Source of the DNA: Candidatus Saccharimonadota bacterium
Lineage (GTDB): Bacteria > Patescibacteriota > Saccharimonadia > Saccharimonadales > UBA4665
Length of the DNA stretch: 64,000 nucleotides
Reading direction: 5' to 3'
NCBI GenBank assembly: GCA_014377525.1
Contig: JACMPL010000028.1
Coordinates: forward strand, 4,492 to 68,491
Positions 35,799-44,612 of the stretch are shown piece after piece. The position numbers and the translations under genes are program-made. How positions within the stretch are numbered: the first letter of the stretch is position 1; each line of letters begins with the position of its first letter. Under the pieces are notes generated by a model that saw nothing but the letters and a program-made list of their open reading frames with translations, ran no database searches and had not been told where the DNA came from.

Positions 35799-38426
35799 CT
35801 AATGCTTACCGTCCGTGACGCTAGTTTTAGGTACCGTAACGATCGGATTTGTGGTAGTCAGCGGTTCATTTGCTCCAAGCGCTAACCAACTGAGCATCAT
35901 TGCAGCAGTGGCTGGTTGCTGTAACACGATGTCGAAACCTTTTGTTGTTACCTGGTCGATTGTCGACGCCGTAAAACTGCCATCATTCGCCGTCAGCGAA
36001 ATAATTGGGGCGCTATCATACTCCTTCTTAAAAGTAACATGCAGCTTAGTTTCACCAGCTTTAAACTGGGCATAACCGGCACTGTCACTGGAAACTGCCA
36101 GATGGCCTTGGAAGCTAACGTCTTGCCCAAAAATAGTTTTACCGACAAACGTTGCCAGCTTCTGAAAGGTCGTGAGTCCACCGAAATTTGCGTCACCGGC
36201 AACGCTGAGCCCGCCACTTAAATTAGCCGTTTCTATGTTAAGATTGCCGCTTAAGGTCGCATTGCCTGAATTATTGATAGAAGCTACCGTTTTCCCCGTT
36301 GCGTCGGTGATTGTCAATCCTTGATCAGTCACGGCTACACTCGACGAGTTACTCGTCTTAGGCTGAGTAACCGGCATTTTTGATGCCGTAGCGGACATGG
36401 GACTACTAATGCTTTCAGCGGATGCGTCAGGGCTGGCCACGGCTGCGGTACTTGTTGGAACAGCCAAGCTATCGGTTGCGCTGCCAGCAGTCGTATCGGT
36501 ACTGAGGTCAGCTTGTGTCTGCTGAGTAGCTACTACACTCGACGTGTCGGTTGCAGGCGTGATATTGTCATCCTGCCAGTAGCGGTAGTAGTCCATGTCA
36601 AAGTTTGATGTCGTATTTATCGTATGAATAACATGCATTTCTGGCGCGATATCAACCGTTGGCAAGGCACCCGTAACAGTTCCACAGTCTACCAGATTTA
36701 CACCATCCGTAGCATCACTATCGATAAAAAACCGAACGGTCGTAGCATCAACGACTACAATGCGGCCAGTTGCAAAGTTTGTACTAATTGTTCCGGGGCA
36801 TGTCACGGGCGTGCCAATAGTTGCTCCTGCCGAACGAACTATTCCTGTCCAGCCGGTTGCACCCGTACTATTATTACTTGCAAAGAAAATTCCGTTAGTC
36901 GGTAAGGTGTCATTGGCAGTTGGCGCTACAGCCGTGTCGGTTGCACCCCAGAAAAAATCGTCGGTAACACGCACGATACTTGGTCGAACTTTCATTTGGA
37001 TGATCGGCAGATTCGTTAAGTTGATCGGTTTATCGAGCGTTCCTGCTGTCGCGCCTAATCCTAATAAGGCACCTCGGTTAGCGGTTGTGCCAGTTGTCAT
37101 TCTAAAATAACCACCGAGTGTACTAATATCGGAGCTACTGACTGTGTTACCTCCACCGTTAGCAAAATACCAGTGATTATCATCGCCGACGTTTCGGTTA
37201 TTGGTCGTAGCAGCAGCAAGTGAAGCGACAAACTCTTGGCTGTACTGGTCGGTTGTACCAATGAATGCGCCACTCGAAAATACGCCACCGAAATTACCAC
37301 CAGCACTGCCACCAGAGCCAACTGTGGTCGTAGCGCCTGTTAATAAACTTGGATTAAAGTAATCGTAACCTTTGCCGATAATTTCACCACTGGCATTAAT
37401 CGTGGTGGTAGTGCCAATGGTAGTAGTGCCGTTGCCCGGTAGTAATGCCAGATTCGCAAAATTACCATTTGAGCCGCCACCGACTTTTAATGTCGTGCCG
37501 CTGTTTTGTAACGCCGTTAATGGCGCGGCGGCCGTCGTGCCAGTACCAGCCCCTCCCAGATCAAGACATATCGAGGTAAAAGAACCACAGGCACTGCTCG
37601 TCAAGTACGACGAGTACGAACCGGTTCCGTCATTATAGCCAAAAAACAGTGGACGCGATCCAGTAGCCTGACTCGTAACTACCACCAGGCTTGGCGCGTA
37701 GCCGCTAGGGTAAGCGGGCGGGGCTGTGATCTGACCGTTATTCAGCAGTAGCTGATTAGAAATATAGCTGGCTGACTGAATGTTGACCTGACCGCTTGTG
37801 GCAATACCGGTAGCAGCAGTGATCGCCCCAGTACTACTGACGGCTAAGGCTCCACTGTTGATGCTGAGCGAGTTGCCTTGCAGTGCTCCGGCCGAGGTGA
37901 TGCCACCACTAACATTTATCGCACCAGTTTGTTGTGCGCTTGGCGATAATTGAACGAATTGGCTGGCGCTCAGTCCACCGACTTTATCGGCATTGAAAGC
38001 ATAAGGAATGGACTGTAGTTGAACGCGCGGCGTCATTTCGCCAGCCGCGTCACCATTGAAGGTAATGCCGAGGTACAAGCTATTACTGACGCTGAAATCG
38101 ATTGGCGTGTTGTTGTTACAAGCTGCCGCTACGAAGAACGAACAGCTACTTCCCAGGTTGACCTGAAACGTTCCGGCCACAACTGTCACGCTTGACTGCG
38201 TTTCAGTCCACAGAGCAGTACCCGCGCTGCTAACCGAATATAATTTAAATACAAAGCCGTACGTGCCATCGGCCATATTGGTGCCATCGGCCTTCACGAC
38301 CTTGCCCTGAAAGCTCATGGTCTGCGGATTAACAGCGTGCGCAGCTGGAAATGTGACTACAGAAAACGCTAGCAAAAATAGGCTGGTGATTACTGCTAAG
38401 GCGCCGAATACTCGAACACGACCCAC
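35799..38426 (-). CDS. Large secreted surface protein (875 aa), fibre/adhesin-like
   Basis: After the signal peptide (..FPAAHA) comes an N-terminal module MSFQGKVVKADGTNMADGTYGFVFKLYS..ALWTE..VTVVAGTFQVNLG...PRVQLQSIPYAFNADKVGG, then Gly/Ser/Thr/Ala-rich repeats and a jelly-roll-like middle. The C-terminal module YDSAPIISLTANDG..VTTKGFDIVLQQ...LSWLALG is tentatively H-type-lectin-like. Confidence 0.65.
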   Translation of the reverse strand: MGRVRVFGALAVITSLFLLAFSVVTFPAAHAVNPQTMSFQGKVVKADGTNMADGTYGFVFKLYSVSSAGTALWTETQSSVTVVAGTFQVNLGSSCSFFVAAACNNNTPIDFSVSNSLYLGITFNGDAAGEMTPRVQLQSIPYAFNADKVGGLSASQFVQLSPSAQQTGAINVSGGITSAGALQGNSLSINSGALAVSSTGAITAATGIATSGQVNIQSASYISNQLLLNNGQITAPPAYPSGYAPSLVVVTSQATGSRPLFFGYNDGTGSYSSYLTSSACGSFTSICLDLGGAGTGTTAAAPLTALQNSGTTLKVGGGSNGNFANLALLPGNGTTTIGTTTTINASGEIIGKGYDYFNPSLLTGATTTVGSGGSAGGNFGGVFSSGAFIGTTDQYSQEFVASLAAATTNNRNVGDDNHWYFANGGGNTVSSSDISTLGGYFRMTTGTTANRGALLGLGATAGTLDKPINLTNLPIIQMKVRPSIVRVTDDFFWGATDTAVAPTANDTLPTNGIFFASNNSTGATGWTGIVRSAGATIGTPVTCPGTISTNFATGRIVVVDATTVRFFIDSDATDGVNLVDCGTVTGALPTVDIAPEMHVIHTINTTSNFDMDYYRYWQDDNITPATDTSSVVATQQTQADLSTDTTAGSATDSLAVPTSTAAVASPDASAESISSPMSATASKMPVTQPKTSNSSSVAVTDQGLTITDATGKTVASINNSGNATLSGNLNIETANLSGGLSVAGDANFGGLTTFQKLATFVGKTIFGQDVSFQGHLAVSSDSAGYAQFKAGETKLHVTFKKEYDSAPIISLTANDGSFTASTIDQVTTKGFDIVLQQPATAAMMLSWLALGANEPLTTTNPIVTVPKTSVTDGKH

Positions 38427-38530
38427 TGATACTTCCTCTAAATTTTTATTTTAAGATTTTGTATCAAAATTGTATCAAATTCTACAACCAAACACAAGCA
38501 TTTTACAGGTTGCGGGGCGGCGTTAGTTGT

Positions 38531-39472
38531 TCAGTTTGCGTTCACAGGATTGCGTCGTTTATAGCGGCGAAAACCAACTACTATCAGCAGGCCGACAATC
38601 AATATAAAGACGAGATAAATTTTTAAACCGGCGAAACGTAACCCAATAGTTTTATTACGAGTCACAGCCAAACCATCGTAGCGATAATCGACCGATACAG
38701 TATACGGACCGGGCAATTGGATTCCGGTTTTAACTGGGGTGAGTTTTACGTAGATTTGCCGATACGTTTCGGGTAGCACATAGTTCGAATCATCATTGAT
38801 GACACCGCGCGCGACTACCTGCCCGGCTGAATTTTTGAGGCTGACAACGCCCCTTGGTATAACGTGAACATTACCTGGATTTTGAAATCGTAAGCGAACG
38901 GTATTTGGCAAATGGAGCCAATTACCGTTTGGAGCAATGTCTTTCAGCGATAAGTCAAAATGCTCACCACCATGCTTGGTAACGAGAATCAGGCTCGTCA
39001 GTTGCTGACTTATTTGAACGTTATTACTACCCTTTATGGACTCGCTATCGATAGACGCAATCACTGCACCATAATGACCGCCCGGCTGCAACGAGCTACG
39101 GTTATCTATCGTTACATCAACGGCTTTCGACTCACCCGGTTCGAGCAGTACACTATTGGTTGCCAGCGTTAACCACGACGTCAGACCATACTTCTGCGAA
39201 TATTCGGCATTACCGGCAAACAAAATGCCACCGCTGTCGTTTAGCGAACCAAAATCTTGGGGCGATAAGTGTAATTGCTGAGCGCTCAGCATGTTGTTTG
39301 TTATGGTCAGCGTAAAAGTTTTCGAGGTGTCACCGGGATTTATTTCGACCGGTTGTAAAAAGGGGCTGAGTGTTATGCCCTGGAGCGGCGCGGCCGAAAC
39401 TGCTGTGGTCGGCCAGCCCAGTGTTATCAGACCACCGATTATTACCCCGAGTAGCAGCAGCTTATTTCGCAT
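38531..39472 (-). CDS. DUF916/DUF3324-like cell-surface protein with a C-terminal TM anchor (paralogue B)
   Basis: It has a signal peptide, two beta-rich domains (..LTITNN.., GGHYGAVIAS, RLRFQNPGNVHVIPRGVVSLKN, PGPYTVSVDYRYDG), a single C-terminal helix and the basic tail RRYKRRN. The start at ATG 39472 overlaps the upstream gene by 11 nt. Confidence 0.5.
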   Translation of the reverse strand: MRNKLLLLGVIIGGLITLGWPTTAVSAAPLQGITLSPFLQPVEINPGDTSKTFTLTITNNMLSAQQLHLSPQDFGSLNDSGGILFAGNAEYSQKYGLTSWLTLATNSVLLEPGESKAVDVTIDNRSSLQPGGHYGAVIASIDSESIKGSNNVQISQQLTSLILVTKHGGEHFDLSLKDIAPNGNWLHLPNTVRLRFQNPGNVHVIPRGVVSLKNSAGQVVARGVINDDSNYVLPETYRQIYVKLTPVKTGIQLPGPYTVSVDYRYDGLAVTRNKTIGLRFAGLKIYLVFILIVGLLIVVGFRRYKRRNPVNAN

Positions 39473-40517
39473 TACGCGTTGGCTTACGAATTCCTTTGGC
39501 TTTACGCAACACAGTCCGAAAGATAACAAAAGTCCCAAATCCAAGCACCAGAATTATAACTCCAGCGCCCAACAAAATCTTCCATGGCAGTACCCAGAAC
39601 GTGACAGACGACTCCATTGGTACGTCCTGTTTACCATCATCGTATACGACGAGTAACTTAGCAGTGTACTTACCGAATCGTAGCTTGGAAACCTGAGAAA
39701 AATCGTATGTAAGTTCTTGGACTGGTTTGGCCCTCTTGTCATATACTGGTTTGCCGTTGACGACCTTATCCTTGAATTTTGGGAACCCACTGGTCCAGGG
39801 TACGCTGTAAACGCGATTAGAAGCTGGCAAGACGCTGCTACCGACGTCATTAAAGTTAATCGTCGTCACCGGTTTACCACCCTTGGTAATAAAAATATTC
39901 CCTGTCGGCGCCAGGTAGATATTGCCGGTATTGCGGAGCTTAACCGTAAAATCAACTGGCACATATTCGTATAGTTTCTTCTCAACGGTAAAATCGAGTA
40001 GGTTCAACGAGCGCTTATCGTCTACGCCCCGCACATCAAGCAGTACCAGCGTCGCGGCTGATCCCTTGACGCTGCTTTGGCCCGCAGTGTCACCAGGTTG
40101 ATTGGCTCGACTGAATGTGACTGCCAGGTAGTAGCCGAGAGAAGCTTCTGGTGGAACTTTGATTGTCATCTTAACCGTCTTCCAGACGTTCGGCTCGGCC
40201 ACGAACTGGCTTGGTGTGAACGTCACCCAGTTGGCATAAATATCTTTCGGCGTAAGATCGAACAGGTTCGGCTGACCGGATTCGCCGGTTGCGCCAAACT
40301 TCATTAGGCCCATTTTGATGGTCTCATTCTGCGGGTTGAGATTCTTCATACGTAGTTCAGTAGTAACCGTTTTACCGGGAGTCGTGTTGAGTTTAATCGG
40401 CAACGGCGAAGTAATAATGTTAAAGCCATCGGCCGCTTGAACCGATGGATACTTAACTAGCCCTAGCAGACCTAACATGAGCGCTAGTGCGCAGAACCCG
40501 AGTAGCATCCGCTTCAT
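39462..40517 (-). CDS. DUF916/DUF3324-like cell-surface protein with a C-terminal TM anchor (paralogue A)
   Basis: The architecture matches paralogue B: signal peptide (..PSVQA), TELRMKNLN, LGYYLAVTF, VKLRNTGNIYLAPTGNIFITKG, FGKYTAKLLVVYDDG, a C-terminal helix and a basic tail. Confidence 0.5.
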   Translation of the reverse strand: MKRMLLGFCALALMLGLLGLVKYPSVQAADGFNIITSPLPIKLNTTPGKTVTTELRMKNLNPQNETIKMGLMKFGATGESGQPNLFDLTPKDIYANWVTFTPSQFVAEPNVWKTVKMTIKVPPEASLGYYLAVTFSRANQPGDTAGQSSVKGSAATLVLLDVRGVDDKRSLNLLDFTVEKKLYEYVPVDFTVKLRNTGNIYLAPTGNIFITKGGKPVTTINFNDVGSSVLPASNRVYSVPWTSGFPKFKDKVVNGKPVYDKRAKPVQELTYDFSQVSKLRFGKYTAKLLVVYDDGKQDVPMESSVTFWVLPWKILLGAGVIILVLGFGTFVIFRTVLRKAKGIRKPTRNAK

Positions 40518-40577
40518 TGCGCTTAAGTATAGACTAGTAATCAGGGGTCAGCAAGTTAATCTTGCTGACCAGGTCGC

Positions 40578-41633
40578 TTAGTAGTTACCAGCCGCGACAA
40601 CCGTCAGAACATCAGTGTAATCGTTGGCGTAGCCGATGGTATTAGCAACCGTAACACGTTCTTTGAGGTTGACGGTATCGGCGTTGGTGTAGCCGTTACG
40701 AGAAACAAATGAGGCGAAGTTAGTGGTATTGAATGAGCCACCGATAGTGCCACTGGCACCAACGTTGTATTCGCTGTTGTACGTCAGCGCACCGGTTGCG
40801 GATGTAGCAGCCGCACCAGTTGTTGGCACAAACAAATAGTTGGTAGTTCCTGGAGTTGCCGTGTCGGGAGTTCCATCAAACGTACCGGTCGTAATCGGCG
40901 TCGCTGGGCTTGTCGCTGATGTCAGGGAGGCGTTAGCTGATTTAACGTAGGCAGTGTAGCCGAGTGGAGAGTTAGTTCCGACAACCATATTGACTCCAGG
41001 TGATGTCTTGATGGACGTCGAGTCAGCTTGAGGAACTGTATCGGCGTTGGCACTGAGTGAGAAGTTGAAATTCGGCGCGACTGAGGCCGAGACCGTGACT
41101 TGGTCGGCATTAGCCGTTGCACCGGTGATGTACACTGGCGTCGTCGTCAGATCGATAGTCGTACCACCACTGTTTTGGCTTTCAACTGTAGAGTTGTATT
41201 GCCCGGCAGTTGCTGGGTTTTGAATCGTTCCCGAAGGAATCGTAAAGCCATATAGAGTTGTGTTGTTAAGGCTGGCTGAGGTTAAACCGGAGACGACAAT
41301 ATCACGAGTGCCGGAAGTAGCGGCTGCGGTCAATGTTCCTGGAGGAGCTGTTATGCCTGTTGGCGACTGTGGGAAACCAGTTGTACCGACGGCTGGCGTA
41401 CCTGTCGTAATGACAAAACCAGTTGGAAACGCTACGCGGATCTTGGAAACGGCAGTTGGTGTCGTGTTTAGCTTAAATGTTACTAATAAATCATTTCCGG
41501 TTGTCGCACTAATGCCGAGGCGACCTAAACGAATACTGGCTTGGCTCAGTTGAGCGGCTCCGGCGGCTGCAGGTAGTAGTAGGGATGCGATCAGTCCGAC
41601 CGCGACGAGGTAATATTTTTTATTTTGTAGCAT
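40578..41633 (-). CDS. Secreted Gly/Ser/Thr-rich beta protein ending in ..DYTDVLTVVAAGNY (WxL/SCPU-like module, tentative)
   Basis: After the signal peptide (..AAGAA) the C-terminal half shares conserved blocks with 41747-42793. The protein has no Cys and no LPXTG motif. Confidence 0.5.
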   Translation of the reverse strand: MLQNKKYYLVAVGLIASLLLPAAAGAAQLSQASIRLGRLGISATTGNDLLVTFKLNTTPTAVSKIRVAFPTGFVITTGTPAVGTTGFPQSPTGITAPPGTLTAAATSGTRDIVVSGLTSASLNNTTLYGFTIPSGTIQNPATAGQYNSTVESQNSGGTTIDLTTTPVYITGATANADQVTVSASVAPNFNFSLSANADTVPQADSTSIKTSPGVNMVVGTNSPLGYTAYVKSANASLTSATSPATPITTGTFDGTPDTATPGTTNYLFVPTTGAAATSATGALTYNSEYNVGASGTIGGSFNTTNFASFVSRNGYTNADTVNLKERVTVANTIGYANDYTDVLTVVAAGNY

Positions 41634-41746
41634 AGTCTTTTTTTATATTAATGATTAATACATTAATGGTACATTGCTGAGATTCAAAGTCAATACAACT
41701 TACGTTTAAATAACTGCATTAATAACAACGTTTTACCACTACGAGG

Positions 41747-42793
41747 CTAAAAATTGCCGGCGGCAATAAATGTCAGAACGTCCTGATAATCGTTGGCGGC
41801 GACATCGATAGACGAGGCTTTGGCTTTGAGGGCCAGCGTTCCAGCACCGTTGGTAACTGGGGCCGACGACGAATAGAGGCTCCGAATAGTACTATCGATA
41901 ATGCCGACATTGTTGCCACTACCGTTATAGGGGCTGAGGGCGTTAAACGGCCCACCGCTACCAACGCTAGCACTAGTACTCTGGGCACCGAAGCCTTTAC
42001 TAGCGCCACTTAAATCGGTGCTGATTGCGTTAATTATGTTACCGGTTGAGCCGCTTAGCAGTCCACCATTTTGGCTTTTAATATAGACATTGGCGCCGCT
42101 AACACCATTTGTCGACACCGCCGTGTTGATTGTTTGGCCACTGCTAGCGATCGTTCCGGCGCTCAATGTACCAAGTCCAATACTGAATGGCGGCGTAGAC
42201 TGAGCACTCGTTACTAGGCTGAATGTGATCGATGGCGCCGCGGTTTGTAGTGCATTGGTCGGGCCGAAGGCAGATTCACTAAACTTCCCTTGCGTAGCTT
42301 TTGCCTTGAACGTGTAGGTCGTACTTGGTTGCAAACCGATGACCAGGCTGCCAGCACCAGCGCCTAGTGCGACGTACGTTTGATAACTGCTCAGCGTCAG
42401 CGTAGAGGTTATCGTACCATCAGGTAATAAATATTTGATATCGCTGGCAAAACCGTCACTACTGACGGCAACTAGATAGGTGGCATCGGTTGGATTACCC
42501 TGTGTATCGAGTACAAAATGGAGTTTGTTATAATATTGCCCGCCGCTCGTGTCGATGCTAGCGATTTTGGGGACGTTTGCCTGCTGTGTTTCGACGTAGC
42601 CGGGTTTGGTAGTTACGTTCGCAGTACTACCGGTTATGCCCGACAGTTCACCGGCAGTACCTTCTAGCGCGTAAGTCGCTGTCGAAGAGTTTGTTACGCC
42701 ACCACTTCCAAAGCCATAACTATTTAATTTATAGTTAGAGGTTGCTGGCAAAGCCGCAAACAGCAGTACCCCCATCAGTGCGCTTAGTTTCAT
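41747..42793 (-). CDS. Secreted Gly/Ser/Thr-rich beta protein ending in ..DYQDVLTFIAAGNF, with an FN3-like middle
   Basis: The start is placed at ATG 42793 (MKLSALMGVLLFAALPATS). It has an SNYKLNSYGFGSGG..TATYALEGTAGE N-terminal repeat, an FN3-like GLQPSTTYTFKAKAT block, and a C-terminal module paralogous to 40578-41633. Confidence 0.5.
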   Translation of the reverse strand: MKLSALMGVLLFAALPATSNYKLNSYGFGSGGVTNSSTATYALEGTAGELSGITGSTANVTTKPGYVETQQANVPKIASIDTSGGQYYNKLHFVLDTQGNPTDATYLVAVSSDGFASDIKYLLPDGTITSTLTLSSYQTYVALGAGAGSLVIGLQPSTTYTFKAKATQGKFSESAFGPTNALQTAAPSITFSLVTSAQSTPPFSIGLGTLSAGTIASSGQTINTAVSTNGVSGANVYIKSQNGGLLSGSTGNIINAISTDLSGASKGFGAQSTSASVGSGGPFNALSPYNGSGNNVGIIDSTIRSLYSSSAPVTNGAGTLALKAKASSIDVAANDYQDVLTFIAAGNF

Positions 42794-42816
42794 ATATATA
42801 CAGTAGCATTTTGCTG

Positions 42817-43461
42817 TTACTGCACCCAATGCCAGTTAGCGAGCAGTGTCTTGATTGTCTTGACCTCCTCGGTATTAGCCCCGCCACCAGCCGATTCGTA
42901 GCCTGAGCGGACGCCGATCGTCGCAATATACCCACCGTGCAGCCAAAAACTAACGGCCCCGGAGGCCTGCGTATCGCTGGCAATAGCAATCTGTTCGCCC
43001 GCAACCGTCGTTTGTTCAAATGTGTATCGAGCTGTATCGGCCATCCGAATAGCGTAGCTGGTATTCGATTGCAGTCCGCCGTCGACGGCGCTCGACACAG
43101 CTACCGAAATTATCTGGGTGCCGCTAGCGCTGGCATGTGTCAACATCGAACTAGCTAACACACCGGGAACGGTGGGGATATTCGTCTGCACGGCAAATCC
43201 GGCTGGCGTGTCGAGCGTGTAGTATTTCTCATCAATTTGCCCGGCTGGCACAACGGGCGCACTATTTTTCTTGCTGGTCGCCGGTAGTATCGTCGCACTC
43301 GATCCGTGAGCCGGCACTCCCAAAATATGCACTAAGTAGCTCCCAATAACGATTATTAGAAATCCACCAATCAGCATCAGCTTGGCTTTCCGGCTGATCA
43401 CTCGATATTTTTTTGGCTTTTTTTTGGTAGGTTCGAGCGTGGGTTTCGGCGTTGATTCCAT
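42817..43461 (-). CDS. N-terminally TM-anchored hypothetical protein, first gene of the surface cluster
   Basis: It has a Lys-rich N-terminus, one TM helix (LMLIGGFLIIVIGSYLV) and an extracytoplasmic domain of about 160 aa. Confidence 0.45.
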   Translation of the reverse strand: MESTPKPTLEPTKKKPKKYRVISRKAKLMLIGGFLIIVIGSYLVHILGVPAHGSSATILPATSKKNSAPVVPAGQIDEKYYTLDTPAGFAVQTNIPTVPGVLASSMLTHASASGTQIISVAVSSAVDGGLQSNTSYAIRMADTARYTFEQTTVAGEQIAIASDTQASGAVSFWLHGGYIATIGVRSGYESAGGGANTEEVKTIKTLLANWHWVQ

Positions 43462-43564
43462 ATGTCAGCAGTATACCTCACCAGCAAACCGCTCGACATC
43501 CCGCAGCGTACTAAACAGGTCATTGTAAAACCTATAGTAAAATTCGTGGTAAAATTTATATACG

Positions 43565-44104
43565 ATGGTTGAAGGAAGCGCAAAAAATAAGAAAAAAACT
43601 AGTAAGCCTAATAAGAGCCTGCAAGGTGCCGAATTTTCATCCGTGTCTAGCGCACCACCCAAAGCTCATATGTCGCCGTCATGGTTGCAACAATCAAAAG
43701 CTATAATTGTCATTCCATTGCTGATCTCCGTGGCATTTAGCCTAACGTATTTTCATTACAAAATTACTGGCTACAAAACTGCCCAGTGCACCGCACCTAT
43801 TACTAAGTCCATCGAGGCCTCTCGTAAATCTATCAGTTCAGAGCAGTCACTTCCCGTAACATTTTCTGATCAAGCGACTGCACCTGCTCTGAACGTAACT
43901 CCATCGTCAAACCAAGCTACGACGGTGAACCCCGAGACTAATGCAAGTAATGATGCGCTCAGCAAGCCATCGACCGCTAACTCAGCAGAAGCACCAATCG
44001 AAGCATCGAAAAACGGTATCGACTTGTTTAAACAATTTGACTCATCCAGTGACACTCCTCGTGTCCAAACACGCCCCCTGAATATGGATCTTTACAAACT
44101 GTAA
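43565..44104 (+). CDS. TM-anchored Ser/Thr/Ala-rich hypothetical protein
   Basis: It has a Lys-rich N-terminus, one TM helix and a low-complexity exterior. Confidence 0.4.
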   Translation: MVEGSAKNKKKTSKPNKSLQGAEFSSVSSAPPKAHMSPSWLQQSKAIIVIPLLISVAFSLTYFHYKITGYKTAQCTAPITKSIEASRKSISSEQSLPVTFSDQATAPALNVTPSSNQATTVNPETNASNDALSKPSTANSAEAPIEASKNGIDLFKQFDSSSDTPRVQTRPLNMDLYKL

Positions 44105-44124
44105 ACTTGTTTTATTTTCAATAA

Positions 44125-44153
44125 AACTGTTTACTTGTGGTAAGTAAACAGTT
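44125..44153. promoter_or_regulatory. 12-bp perfect inverted repeat AACTGTTTACTT-GTGGT-AAGTAAACAGTT, 12 nt upstream of the marR ATG
   Basis: I read this directly from the sequence. No T-tract follows it, so it is a candidate MarR operator, or alternatively a terminator for 43565-44104. Confidence 0.35.
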
Positions 44154-44164
44154 ACCATATAGCT

Positions 44165-44608
44165 ATGGACAAAAATTTAAACCGACTCGAAGACGCTATG
44201 CTGCTCTTTTTTCAAACAATGAAACGCCCGCAGCGTTGGACCGATGTAACCGAGCAAATCGGCGTCGTTATTGACCGCCCCTCGGGTCAAATCCTGCACA
44301 TCCTCGCCTCCGCCGGTACGTCTTACGGCGTTCAGGAACTCGCAAATCACTTGGGGATCGAGGCGCCATCGGTAACTCGAAAAACGCAAGAGCTCGAACA
44401 GTCAGGCTATATATCCAGAGTACGCAGCGACAAGGACAAGCGTGCGGTTAAGTTGGAGATCACTCCAGCCGGTCGCAACCTGGCCACGAAAATTATGAAA
44501 GTTCGCCGCGAAAGTATGCGCAGCGTCTTATATAGCTGGAGCGATAGCGACCGAGTAGCATTTATTAATTACTTTGAACGCTTTGCCAGCGAAGTCGCTA
44601 GCAGCTAA
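44165..44608 (+). CDS. MarR-family transcriptional regulator
   Basis: A winged-HTH core is present: VQELANHLGIEAPSVTRKTQELEQSGYISRVRSDKDKRAVKLEITPAG. Confidence 0.85.
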   Translation: MDKNLNRLEDAMLLFFQTMKRPQRWTDVTEQIGVVIDRPSGQILHILASAGTSYGVQELANHLGIEAPSVTRKTQELEQSGYISRVRSDKDKRAVKLEITPAGRNLATKIMKVRRESMRSVLYSWSDSDRVAFINYFERFASEVASS

Positions 44609-44612
44609 TTAG

